From positions 279,558,001-279,622,000 of the forward strand of contig OZ024740.1 of the NCBI GenBank assembly GCA_964016885.1: a DNA stretch of 64,000 nt, given 5' to 3'. Both the position numbers and the translations under genes were made by a program. Positions 13,800 to 27,780 of this stretch are shown here, piece by piece. The DNA comes from Eledone cirrhosa. Lineage: Eukaryota. Position 1 is the first letter of the stretch; each line of letters opens with the position of its first letter. The notes under the pieces were generated by a model. The model was not told the DNA's origin, searched no databases, and was given only the letters and a program-made list of their open reading frames with translations.

Positions 13800-14780
13800 G
13801 TTCTCCCAAATAAAAAATGGATCACCCAAATAAAAAATTGATACCCAAATAAAAAATGGATCACCCAAATAAAAAATGGATCACCCAAATAAAAAATAGA
13901 TCCCCCAAATAAAAAATGGATCCCCCAAATAAAAATGGATCCCCAAAATAAAAAATGGATCACTCAAATAAAAAATGGAACACCCAAATAAAAAATGGAT
14001 CCCCCAAATAAAAAATGGATCCCCCAAATAAAAAATGGATCACCCAAATAAAAAATGGATCCCCCAAATAAAAAATGGATCACCCAAATAAAAACTGGAT
14101 CCCCCAAATAAAAAATGGATCACCCAAATAAAAAATGGATCCCCCAAATAAAAAATGGAGCCCCCAAATAAAAAATGGATCACCCAAATAAAAAATGGAT
14201 CCCCCAAATAAAAAATGGATCACCCAAATAAAAACTGGATCCCCCAAATAAAAAATGGATCACCCAAATAAAAAATGGATCCCCCAAATAAAAAATGGAT
14301 CCCCCAAATAAAAAATGGATCCCCCAAATAAAAAATGGATCCCCCAAATAAAAAATGGATCCCCCAAATAAAAAATGGATCACCCAAATAAAAAATGGAT
14401 CACCCAAATAAAAAATGCATCCTCCAAATAAAAAATGGATCACCCAAATAAAAAAAGATCCTAGCAAATAAAAAATGGATCACCCAAATACAAAATGGAT
14501 CACGCAAATAAAAAATGGATCCCCAAATAAAAAATGGATCCCCCAAATAAAAAATGGATCCCCCAAATAAAAAATGGATCACCCAAATAAAAAATGGATC
14601 ACCCAAATAAAAAATGGATCACCCAAATAAAAAATGGATCGCCCAAATAAAAAATGGATCCCCCAAATAAAAAATGGATAGCCCAAATAAAAAATGGATC
14701 CCCCAAATAAAAAATGGATCCCCCAAATAAAAAATGGATCACCCAAATAAAAAATTGTTCACCCAAATAAAAAATGGATC
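13800..14780 (-). repeat. ~1.0-kb reverse-oriented block (GATCCTAGC family)
   Basis: Runs from TTTGATGGTTCTCCCAAA at ~13793 to ATGGATCCCTTTTTT at ~14774. GATCCTAGC at ~14457. Confidence 0.9.
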
Positions 14781-16927
14781 CCTTTTTTATTTAGCGGATC
14801 CATTTTTTATTTCGGTGATCCATTTTTTATTTGGTGTATCCATTTTTAATTTGGGGGATCCATTTTTTATTTGGGTGATCCATTTTTTATTTGGGGGATC
14901 CATTTTTTATTTGGGGGATCAATTTTTTATTTGGGTGATCCATTTTTTATTTGGGTGATCCATTTTTTATTTGGTGATCCATTTTTTATTTGGGGGATCC
15001 ATTTTTTATTTGGGTGATCGATTTTTTATTTGGGTGATCCATTTTTTATTTGGGGGATCCATTTTTTATTTGGGTGATCCATTTTTTATTTGGGTGATCC
15101 ATTTTTTATTTGGGTGATCCATTTTTTATTTGGGGGATCCATTTTTTATTTGGGGGATACATTTATTATTTGGGGGATCCATTTTTATTTGGGTGATCCA
15201 TTTTTTATTTGGGTGATCCATTTTTTATTTGGAGGATCTTTTTTTTATTTGGGTGATCCATTTTTTATTTGGAGGATGCATTTTTTATTTGGGTTATCCA
15301 TTTTTTATTTGGGTGATCCATTTTTTATTTGGGGGATCCATTTTTTATTTGGGGGATCCATCTTTTATTTGTGGGATCCATTTTTTATTTGGGGGATCCA
15401 TTTTTTATTTGGGGGATCCATTTTTTATTTGGGTGATCCATTTTTTATTTGGGGGATCCAGTTTTTATTTGGGTGATCCATTTTTTATTTGGGGGATCCA
15501 TTTTTTATTTGGGTGATCCACTTTTTATTTGGGGGATCCATTTTTTATTTGGGGATCCATTTTTTATTTGGGTGATCCATTTTTTATTTGGGGGATCCAG
15601 TTTTTATTTGGGTGATCCATTTTTTATTTGGGGGATCCATTTTTTATTTGGGTGATCCATTTTTTATTTGGGGGATCCATTTTTTATTTGGGGGATCCAT
15701 TTTTTATTTGGGTGTTCCATTTTTTATTTGGGGGATCAATTTTTTATTTGGGTGATCCATTTTTATTTGGGTGATCCATTTTTTATTTGGTGATCCATTT
15801 TTTATTTGGGGGATCCATTTTTTATTTGGGTGATCGATTTTTTATTTGGGTGATCTATTTTTTATTTGGGGTATCCATTTTTAATTTGGGTGATCCATTT
15901 TTTATTTGGGTGATCCATTTTTTATTTGGGGGATCCATTTTTTATTTGGGTGATCCATTTTTTATTTGGGGGATCCATTTTTTATTTGGGCAATCCATTT
16001 TTTATTTGGGGGATCCATTTTTTATTTGGGGGATCCATTTTTTATTTGGGGGATCCATTTTTTATTTGGGGGATTCATTTTATATTTGGGTGATCCATTT
16101 TTTATTTGGGTGATCCATTTTCTATTTGGGGGATCCATTTTTTATTTGGGGGATCCATTTTTTATTTGGGGGATCCATTTTTTATTTGGGGGTCCATTTT
16201 TTGGGGGGTGATCCATTTTTTATTTTTTGGATCCATATTTTATTTGGGTGATCCATTTTTTATTTGGGTGATCCATTTTCTATTTTGGTGATACATTTTT
16301 TATTTGGGTGATCCATTTTTTATTTGGGTGATACATTTTTTATTTGTGGGATCCTATTTTTATTTGGGGGTTCCATTTTTTATTTGAGGGATCCATTTTT
16401 TATTTGGGGGATGCATTTTTTATTTGGGTGATCCATTTTTTATTTGGGGGATCCATTTTTTATTTGGGGGATCCATTTTTTATTTGGGGGATCCATTTTT
16501 TATTTGGGGGATCCATTTTTTATTTGGGGGATCCATTTTTTATTTAGGTGATCCATTTTTTATTTGGGTGATCCATTTTTTATTTGGGGATACATTTTTT
16601 ATTTGGCTGATCCATTTTTTATTTGGGTGATCCATTTTTTATTTGGGGTATCCATTTTTTATTTGGGTGATCGATTTTTTATTTGGGTGATCCATTTTTT
16701 ATTTGGTTGATCCATTTTTATTTGGGGGATACATTTTTTATTTGGGTGATCCATTTTTTATTTGTGGGATCCATTTTTTATTTGGGTGATCCATTTTTTA
16801 TTTGGTTGATCCATTTTTTATTAGGGGTATCCATTTTTAATTTGGGTGATCCATTTTTTATTTGGGTGATCCATTTTTTATTTGAGGGATCCATTTTTTA
16901 TTTGGGGAATCCATTTTTTATTTGATG

Positions 16928-17929
16928 GATCTCCCAAATAAAAAATGGATCACCCAAATAAAAAAATTGATCCCCCAAATAAAAAATGGATCACCCAAAT
17001 AAAAAATGGATCACCCAAATAAAAAATAGATCCCCCAAATAAAAAATGGATCCCCCAAATAAAAATGGATCCCCCAAATAAAAAATGGATCACTCAAATA
17101 AAAAATGGAACACCCAAATAAAAAATGGATCCCCCTAATAAAAAATGGATCACCCAAATAAAAAATGGATCCCCCAAATAAAAAATGGATCACCCAAATA
17201 AAAACTGGATCCCCCAAATAAAAAATGGATCACCCAAATAAAAAATGGATCCCCAAATAAAAAATGGATCCCCCAAATAAAAAGTGGATCACCCAAATAA
17301 AAAATGGATCCCCCAAATAAAAAATGGATCACCCAAATAAAAACTGGATCCCCCAAATAAAAAATGGATCACCCAAATAAAAAATGGATCCCCCAAATAA
17401 AAAATGGATCACCCAAATAAAAAATGGATCCCCCAAATAAAAAATGGATCCCACAAATAAAAGATGGATCCCCCAAATAAAAAATGGATCCCCCAAATAA
17501 AAAATGGATCACCCAAATAAAAAATGGATCACCCAAATAAAAAATGGATCACCCAAATAAAAAATGGATCGACCAAATAAAAAATGGATCCCCCAAATAA
17601 AAAATGGATCGCCCAAATAAAAAATGGATCCCCCAAATAAAAAATGGATCACCCAAATAAAAAATGGATCACACAAATAAAAAATGGATCCCCCAAATAA
17701 AAAATGGATCACCCAAATAAAAAATGGATCCCCCAAATAAAAAATGGATCACCAAATAAAAAATGGATCACCCAAATAAAAAATGGATCGCCCAAATAAA
17801 AAATTGATCACCCAAATAAAAAATGGATCACCCAAATAAGAAATGGATCCCCCAAATAAAAAATGGATCACCCAAATAAAAAATGGATCGCCCAAATAAA
17901 AAATTGTTCACCCAAATAAAAAATGGATC
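16928..17929 (-). repeat. ~1.0-kb reverse-oriented block; part of it is an inverted copy of ~15320-15720
   Basis: Starts at TTTGATGGATCTCCCAAA at 16921. ORFs 15449..15655(+) and 17150..17356(-) translate identically. Confidence 0.88.
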
Positions 17930-18629
17930 CCTTTTTTATTTAGCGGATCCATTTTTTATTTCGGTGATCCATTTTTTATTTGGTGGATCCATTTTTTATT
18001 TGGGGGTCCATTTTTTATTTGGGTGATCCATTTTTTATTTGGGTGATCCATTTTTAATTTGGGTGATCCGTTTTTTATTTGGGTGATCCATTTTTTATTT
18101 GGGTGATCCATTTTTTATTTGGGTGATCCATTTTTTATTTGGGGGATCCATTTTTTATTTGGGTGATCTATTTTTTATTTGGGGGATCCATTTTTTATTT
18201 GGGCGATCCATTTTTTATTTGGGGGATCCATTTTTTATTTGGGGGATCCATTTTTTATTTGGGGGATCCATTTTTTATTTGGGGGATCTATTTTATATTT
18301 GGGTGATCCATTTTTTATTTGGGTGATCCATTTTTTATTTGGGGGATCCATTTTTTATTTGGGGGATCCATTTTTTATTTGGGTGATCCATTTTTTATTT
18401 GGGGGATCTATTTTTTATTTGGAGGATTTTTTTTATTTGGGTGATCCATTTTTTATTTGGGGGGATCTATTTTTTATTTGGGTGATCCATTTTTTATTTG
18501 GGTGATCCATTTTTTATTTGGGTGATCCATTTTTTATTTGATGGATCCATTTTTTATTTGGGGGATCCATTTTTTATTTGGGGGTCCATTTTTTTTGGGG
18601 TGATCCATTTTCCATTTGGGTGATCCATT

Positions 18630-20195
18630 TTTTATTTTTTGGATCCATTTTTTATTTGGGCGATCCATTTTTTATTTGGGTGATCCATTTTTTATTTGGG
18701 TGATCCATTTTTTATTTGGGTAATCCATTTTTTATTTGTGGGATCCTATTTTTATTTGGGGGTTCCATTTTTTATTTGAGGGATCCATTTTTTATTTGGG
18801 GGATGCATTTTTTATTTGGGTGATCCATTTTTTATTTGGGTGATCCATTTTTTATTTGGGGGATCCATTTTGTATTTGGGTGATCCATTTTTTATTTGAG
18901 CGATTCATTCTTTATTTGAGGGTTCCATTTTTTATTTGGGTGATCCATTTTTCATTTTGGTGATCCATTTTTTATTTGGGGGATCCATTTTTTATTTGGG
19001 CGATCCATTCTTTATTTGGGTGATCCACTTTTTATTTGGGGGATCCATTTTTTATTTGGGTGATCCATTTTTTATTTGGGTGATCCATTTTTTATTTGGG
19101 GGCCCATTTTTTATTTGGGTGATCCATTTTTTATTTGAATGATCCATTTTTTTTATTTAGGTGATCCATTTTTTATTTGGGGGATCCATTTTTTATTTGG
19201 GTGATCCATTTTTTATTTGGGGGATCCATTTTTTATTTGGGTGATCCATTTTTTATTTGGGTGATCCATTTTTTATTGGGGGGATCCATTTTTTATTTGG
19301 GTGATCCATTTTTTATTTGAGTGATCCATTCTTTATTTGAGGGATCCATTTTTTATTTGGGTGATTCATTTTTCATTTGGGTGATCCATTTTTTATTTGG
19401 GGGATCCATTTTTTATTTTTTGGATCCATTTTTTATTTGGGCGATCCATTTTTTATTTGGGTGATCCATTTTTTATTTGGGTGATCCATTTTTTATTTGG
19501 GTAATCCATTTTTTATTTGTGGGATCCTATTTTTATTTGGGGGTTCCATTTTTTATTTGAGGGATCCATTTTTTATTTGGGGGATGCATTTTTTATTTGG
19601 GTGATCCATTTTTTATTTGGGTGATCCATTTTTTATTTGGGGGATCCATTTTGTATTTGGGTGATCCATTTTTTATTTGAGCGATTCATTCTTTATTTGA
19701 GGGTTCCATTTTTTATTTGGGTGATCCATTTTTCATTTTGGTGATCCATTTTTTATTTGGGGGATCCATTTTTTATTTGGGCGATCCATTCTTTATTTGG
19801 GTGATCCACTTTTTATTTGGGGGATCCATTTTTTATTTGGGTGATCCATTTTTTATTTGGGTGATCCATTTTTTATTTGGGGGCCCATTTTTTATTTGGG
19901 TGATCCATTTTTTATTTGAATGATCCATTTTTTTTATTTAGGTGATCCATTTTTTATTTGGGGGATCCATTTTTTATTTGGGTGATCCATTTTTTATTTG
20001 GGGGATCCATTTTTTATTTGGGTGATCCATTTTTTATTTGGGTGATCCATTTTTTATTGGGGGGATCCATTTTTTATTTGGGTGATCCATTTTTTATTTG
20101 AGTGATCCATTCTTTATTTGAGGGATCCATTTTTTATTTGGGTGATTCATTTTTCATTTGGGTGATCCATTTTTTATTTGGGGGATCCATTTTTT
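18630..20195 (+). repeat. 781-bp tandem duplication within the longest uninverted tract (~17930-21202)
   Basis: Identical ORFs at 18936 and 19717. Markers GGGTAATCC, GAGCGATTCATTC and GATCCACTT recur at +781. Confidence 0.92.
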
Positions 20196-21159
20196 ATTTG
20201 GGCGATCCATTTTTTATTTGGCTGATCCAGTTTTTATTTGGGTGATCCATTTTTTATTTGGGTGATACATTTTTTATTTGGGGGATCCATTTTTTATTTG
20301 GGGGATCCATTTTTTATTTGGGTGATCCATTTTTTATTTGGGTGATCCATTTTTTATGTTTTGGATCCATTTTTTATTTGGGGGATCCATTTTTTATTTG
20401 GGTGATCCATTTTTTATTTGGGTGATCCATTTTTTATTTGGAGGATCCATTTTTTATTTGGGTGATCGAATTTTTATTTGGAGGATGCATTTTTTATTTG
20501 GGTGATCCATTTTTTATTTGGGTGATCAATTTTTTATTTGGGGGATCCATTTTTTTATTTGGGTGATTCATTTTTTATTTGGGGGATCCATTTTTTATTT
20601 GGGTGATCCATTTTTTATTTGGGTGATCCATTTTTTATTTGGGGGATCCATTTTTTATTTGGGTGATCCATTTTTTATTTGGGGGATCCATTTTGTATTT
20701 GGGTGATCCATTTTTTATTTGAGCGATCCATTCTTTATTTGAGGGTTCCATTTTTTATTTGGGTGATCCATTTTTTATTTTGGTGATCCATTTTTTATTT
20801 GGGGGATCCATTTTTTATTTGGGCGATCCATTTTTTATTTGGGTGATCCATTTTTTATTTGGGGGATCCATTTTTTATTTGGGTGATCCATTTTTTATTT
20901 GGGTGATCCATTTTTTATTTGGGGGCCCATTTTTTATTTGGGTGATCCATTTTTTATTTGGGGGATCCATTTTTTATTTGGGCGATCCATTTTTTATTTG
21001 GCTGATCCATTTTTTATTTGGGTGATCCATTTTTTATTTGGGGGATCCATTTTTTATTTGGGTGATCCATTTTTTATTTGGGTGAGCCATTTTTTATTTG
21101 GGGGATCCATTTTTTATTTGGGTGATCCATTTTTTATTTGGGTGATCCATTTTTTATTT

Positions 21160-24100
21160 GGGAATCCATTTTTTATTTGGGTGATCCATTTTTTATTTGG
21201 GAGATCCATCAAATAAAAAATGGATCCCCCAAATAAAAATCGGATCACCATATAAAAAATGGATCACCCAAATAAAAAATGGATCCCCCAAATAAAAAAT
21301 GGATCACCCAAATAAAAACTGGATCCCCCAAATAAAAAATGGATCACCCAAATAGATAATGTATCCCCCAAATAAAAAATGGATCCGCCAAATAAAAAAG
21401 GGATCCATTTTTTATTTGGGTGATCCATTTTTTATTTGGGGGATCCATTTTTTATTTGGGTGATCTATTTTTTATTTGGGTGATTCATTTTTTATTTGGG
21501 TGATCCATTTTTTATTTGGGTGATCCATTTTTTATTTGGAGGATCCATTTTTTATTTGGGTGATCCATTTTTTATTTGGGTGATCCATTTTTTATTTGTG
21601 GGATCCATTTTTTATTTGGGTGATCCATTTTTTATTTGAATGATCCATTTTTTATTTGGATGATCCATTTTTTGGGGGGAGATCCATTTTTTATTTGGGT
21701 GATCCATTTTTTATTTGGGGGATCCATTTTTTATTTGGGTGATCCATTTTTTATTTGGGTGATCCATTTTTTATTTGGGGGATCCATTTTTTATTTGGGT
21801 GATCCATTTTTTATTTGGGGGATCCATTTTTTATTTGGAGGATCATTTTTTATTTGGGTGATCCATTTTTTATTTGGGGGGATCTATTTTTTATTTGGGT
21901 GATCCATTTTTTATTTGGGTGATCCATTTTTTATTTGGGTGATCCATTCTTTATTTGGTGGATCCATTTTTTATTTGGGAGATCCATTTTTATTTGGGGG
22001 TCCATTTTTTTGGGGGTGATCCATTTTCCATTTGGGTGATCCATTTTGTATTTGGGTGATCCATTTTTTATTTGAGGGATCCATTTTTTATTTGATGGTT
22101 CTTCCAAATAAAAAATGGATCACCCAAATAAAAAATTGATCCCCCAAATAAAAAATGGATCACCCAAATAAAAAATGGATCACCCAAATAAAAAATAGAT
22201 CCCCCAACTAAAAAATGGATCCCCCAAATAAAAATGGATCCCCCAAATAAAAAATGGATCACTCAAATAAAAAATGGAACACCCAAATAAAAAATGGATC
22301 CCCCAAATAAAAAATGGATCCCCCAAATAAAAAATGGATCACCCAAATAAAAAATGGATCCCCCAAATAAAAAATGGATCACCCAAATAAAAACTGGATC
22401 CCCCAAATAAAAAATGGATCACCCAAATAAAAAATGGATCCCCCAAATAAAAAATGGATCCCCCAAATAAAAAATGGATCACCCAAATAAAAAATGGATC
22501 CCCCAAATAAAAAATGGATCACCCAAATAAAAACTGGATCCCCCAAATAAAAAATGGATCCCCCAAATAAAAAATGGATCACCCAAATAAAAAATGGATC
22601 CCCCAAATAAAAAATGGATCCCCCAAATAAAAAATGGATCCCCCAAATAAAAAATGGATCCCCCAAATAAAAAATGGTTCCCCCAAATAAAAAATGGTTC
22701 ACCCAAATAAAAAATGGATCACCCAAATAAAAAATGCATCCTCCAAATAAAAAATGGATCACCCAAATAAAAAAAGATCCTAGCAAATAAAAAATGGATC
22801 ACCCAAATACAAAATGGATCACGCAAATAAAAAATGGATCCCCCAAATAAAAAATGGATCCCCCAAATAAAAAATGGATCCCCCAAATAAAAAATGGATC
22901 ACCCAAATAAAAAATGGATCACCCAAATAAAAAATGGATCACCCAAATAAAAAATGGATCGCCCAAATAAAAAATGGATCCCCCAAATAAAAAATGGATA
23001 GCCCAAATAAAAAATGGATCCCCCAAATCAAAAATGGATCCCCCAAATAAAAAATGGATCACCCAAATAAAAAATTGTTCACCCAAATAAAAAATGGATC
23101 CCTTTTTTATTTAGCGGATCCATTTATTATTTCGGTGATCCATTTTTTATTTGGTGGATCCATTTTTAATTTGGGGGATCCATTTTTTATTTGGGTGATC
23201 CATTTTTTATTTGGGGGATCCATTTTTTATTTGGGGGATCAATTTTTTATTTGGGTGATCCATCTTTTATTTGGGTGATCCATTTTTTATTTGGTGATCC
23301 ATTTTTTATTTGGGGGATCCATTTTTTATTTGGGTGATCCATTTTTTATTTGGGTGATCCATTTTTTATTTGGGTGATCCATTTTTTATTTGGGAATCCA
23401 TTTTTTATTTGGGTGATCCATTTTTTATTTGGGAGATCCATCAAATAAAAAATGGATCCCCCAAATAAAAATCGGATCACCATATAAAAAATGGATCACC
23501 CAAATAAAAAATGGATCCCCCAAATAAAAAATGGATCACCCAAATAAAAACTGGATCCCCCAAATAAAAAATGGATCACCCAAATAGATAATGTATCCCC
23601 CAAATAAAAAATGGATCCGCCAAATAAAAAAGGGATCCATTTTTTATTTGGGTGATCCATTTTTTATTTGGGGGATCCATTTTTTATTTGGGTGATCTAT
23701 TTTTTATTTGGGTGATTCATTTTTTATTTGGGTGATCCATTTTTTATTTGGGTGATCCATTTTTTATTTGGAGGATCCATTTTTTATTTGGGTGATCCAT
23801 TTTTTATTTGGGTGATCCATTTTTTAATTTGTGGGATCCATTTTTTATTTGGGTGATCCATTTTTTATTTGAATGATCCATTTTTTATTTGGGTGATCCA
23901 TTTTTTATTTGGGGGGATCTATTTTTTATTTGGGTGATCCATTTTTTATTTGGGTGATCCATTTTTTATTTGGGGGATCCATTTTTTATTTGGGTGATCC
24001 ATTTTTTATTTGGGGGATCCATTTTTTATTTGGAGGATCATTTTTTATTTGGGTGATCCATTTTTTATTTGGGGGGATCTATTTTTTATTTGGGTGATCC

Positions 24101-27100
24101 ATTTTTTATTTGGGTGATCCATTTTTTATTTGGGTGATCCATTCTTTATTTGGTGGATCCATTTTTTATTTGGGAGATCCATTTTTATTTGGGGGTCCAT
24201 TTTTTTGGGGGTGATCCATTTTCCATTTGGGTGATCCATTTTGTATTTGGGTGATCCATTTTTTATTTGAGGGATCCATTTTTTATTTGATGGTTCTTCC
24301 AAATAAAAAATGGATCACCCAAATAAAAAATTGATCCCCCAAATAAAAAATGGATCACCCAAATAAAAAATGGATCACCCAAATAAAAAATAGATCCCCC
24401 AACTAAAAAATGGATCCCCCAAATAAAAATGGATCCCCCAAATAAAAAATGGATCACTCAAATAAAAAATGGAACACCCAAATAAAAAATGGATCCCCCA
24501 AATAAAAAATGGATCCCCCAAATAAAAAATGGATCACCCAAATAAAAAATGGATCCCCCAAATAAAAAATGGATCACCCAAATAAAAACTGGATCCCCCA
24601 AATAAAAAATGGATCACCCAAATAAAAAATGGATCCCCCAAATAAAAAATGGATCCCCCAAATAAAAAATGGATCACCCAAATAAAAAATGGATCTCCCA
24701 AATAAAAAATGGATCACCCAAATAAAAACTGGATCCCCCAAATAAAAAATGGATCCCCCAAATAAAAAATGGATCACCCAAATAAAAAATGGATCCCCCA
24801 AATAGAAAATGGATCCCCCAAATAAAAAATGGATCCCCCAAATAAAAAATGGATCCCCCAAATAAAAAATGGATCCCCCAAATAAAAAATGGTTCACCCA
24901 AATAAAAAATGGATCACCCAAATAAAAAATGCATCCTCCAAATAAAAAATGGATCACCCAAATAAAAAAAGATCCTAGCAAATAAAAAATGGATCACCCA
25001 AATACAAAATGGATCACGCAAATAAAAAATGGATCCCCCAAATAAAAAATGGATCCCCCAAATAAAAAATGGATCCCCCAAATAAAAAATGGATCACCCA
25101 AATAAAAAATGGATCACCCAAATAAAAAATGGATCACCCAAATAAAAAATGGATCGCCCAAATAAAAAATGGATCCCCCAAATAGAAAATGGATAGCCCA
25201 AATAAAAAATGGATCCCCCAAATAAAAAATGGATCCCCCAAATAAAAAATGGATCACCCAAATAAAAAATTGTTCACCCAAATAAAAAATGGATCCCTTT
25301 TTTATTTAGCGGATCCATTTATTATTTCGGTGATCCATTTTTTATTTGGTGGATCCATTTTTAATTTGGGGGATCCATTTTTTATTTGGGTGATCCATTT
25401 TTTATTTGGGGGATCCATTTTTTATTTGGGGGATCAATTTTTTATTTGGGTGATCCATTTTTTATTTGGGTGATCCATTTTTTATTTGGTGATCCATTTT
25501 TTATTTGGGGGATCCATTTTTTATTTGGGTGATCCATTTTTTATTTGGGTGATCCATTTTTTATTTGGGTGATCCATTTTTTATTTGGGAATCCATTTTT
25601 TATTTGGGTGATCCATTTTTTATTTGGGAGATCCATCAAATAAAAAATGGATCCCCCAAATAAAAATCGGATCACCATATAAAAAATGGATCACCCAAAT
25701 AAAAAATGGATCCCCCAAATAAAAAATGGATCACCCAAATAAAAACTGGATCCCCCAAATAAAAAATGGATCACCCAAATAGATAATGTATCCCCCAAAT
25801 AAAAAATGGATCCGCCAAATAAAAAAGGGATCCATTTTTTATTTGGGTGATCCATTTTTTATTTGGGGGATCCATTTTTTATTTGGGTGATCTATTTTTT
25901 ATTTGGGTGATTCATTTTTTATTTGGGTGATCCATTTTTTATTTGGGTGATCCATTTTTTATTTGGAGGATCCATTTTTTATTTGGGTGATCCATTTTTT
26001 ATTTGGGTGATCCATTTTTTAATTTGTGGGATCCATTTTTTATTTGGGTGATCCATTTTTTATTTGAATGATCCATTTTTTATTTGGATGATCCATTTTT
26101 TTTGGGGAGATCCATTTTTTATTTGGGTGATCCATTTTTTATTTGGGGGATCCATTTTTTATTTGGGTGATCCATTTTTTATTTGGGTGATCCATTTTTT
26201 ATTTGGGGGATCCATTTTTTATTTGGGTGATCCATTTTTTATTTGGGGGATCCATTTTTTATTTGGAGGATCATTTTTTATTTGGGTGATCCATTTTTTA
26301 TTTGGGGGGATCTATTTTTTATTTGGGTGATCCATTTTTTATTTGGGTGATCCATTTTTTATTTGGGTGATCCATTCTTTATTTGGTGGATCCATTTTTT
26401 ATTTGGGAGATCCATTTTTATTTGGGGGTCCATTTTTTGGGGGGTGATCCATTTTCCATTTGGGTGATCCATTTTGTATTTGGGTGATCCATTTTTTATT
26501 TCAGGGATCCATTTTTTATTTGATGGTTCTTCCAAATAAAAAATGGATCACCCAAATAAAAAATTGATCCCCCAAATAAAAAATGGATCACCCAAATAAA
26601 AAATGGATCACCCAAATAAAAAATAGATCCCCCAACTAAAAAATGGATCCCCCAAATAAAAATGGATCCCCCAAATAAAAAATGGATCACTCAAATAAAA
26701 AATGGAACACCCAAATAAAAAATGGATCCCCCAAATAAAAAATGGATCCCCCAAATAAAAAATGGATCACCCAAATAAAAAATGGATCCCCCAAATAAAA
26801 AATGGATCACCCAAATAAAAACTGGATCCCCCAAATAAAAAATGGATCACCCAAATAAAAAATGGATCCCCCAAATAAAAAATGGATCCCCCAAATAAAA
26901 AATGGATCACCCAAATAAAAAATGGATCCCCCAAATAAAAAATGGATCACCCAAATAAAAACTGGATCCCCCAAATAAAAAATGGATCCCCCAAATAAAA
27001 AATGGATCACCCAAATAAAAAATGGATCCCCCAAATAAAAAATGGATCCCCCAAATAAAAAATGGATCCCCCAAATAAAAAATGGATCCCCCAAATAAAA

Positions 27101-27780
27101 AATGGATCCCCCAAATAAAAAATGGTTCACCCAAATAAAAAATGGATCACCCAAATAAAATATGCATCCTCCAAATAAAAAATGGATCACCCAAATAAAA
27201 AAAGATCCTAGCAAATAAAAAATGGATCACCCAAATACAAAATGGATCACGCAAATAAAAAATGGATCCCCCAAATAAAAAATGGATCCCCCAAATAAAA
27301 AATGGATCCCCCAAATAAAAAATGGATCACCCAAATAAAAAATGGATCACCCAAATAAAAAATGGATCACCCAAATAAAAAATGGATCGCCCAAATAAAA
27401 AATGGATCCCCCAAATAAAAAATGGATAGCCCAAATAAAAAATGGATCCCCCAAATAAAAAATGGATCCCCCAAATAAAAAATGGATCACCCAAATAAAA
27501 AATTGTTCACCCAAATAAAAAATGGATCCCTTTTTTATTTAGCGGATCCATTTATTATTTCGGTGATCCATTTTTTATTTGGTGGATCCATTTTTAATTT
27601 GGGGGATCCATTTTTTATTTGGGTGATCCATTTTTTATTTGGGGGATCCATTTTTTATTTGGGGGATCAATTTTTTATTTGGGTGATCCATTTTTTATTT
27701 GGGTGATCCATTTTTTATTTGGTGATCCATTTTTTATTTGGGGGATCCATTTTTTATTTGGGTGATCCATTTTTTATTTG
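21160..27780 (+). repeat. Higher-order repeat, ~2.2-kb unit x3 (spacings 2,232/2,233 and 2,195), each with one ~200-bp and one ~1-kb inverted block
   Basis: Short-cassette junction GATCs at 21203, 23435 and 25630. ORF homologs at 22068/24263/26496 and 23054/25249/27482. Confidence 0.93.
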
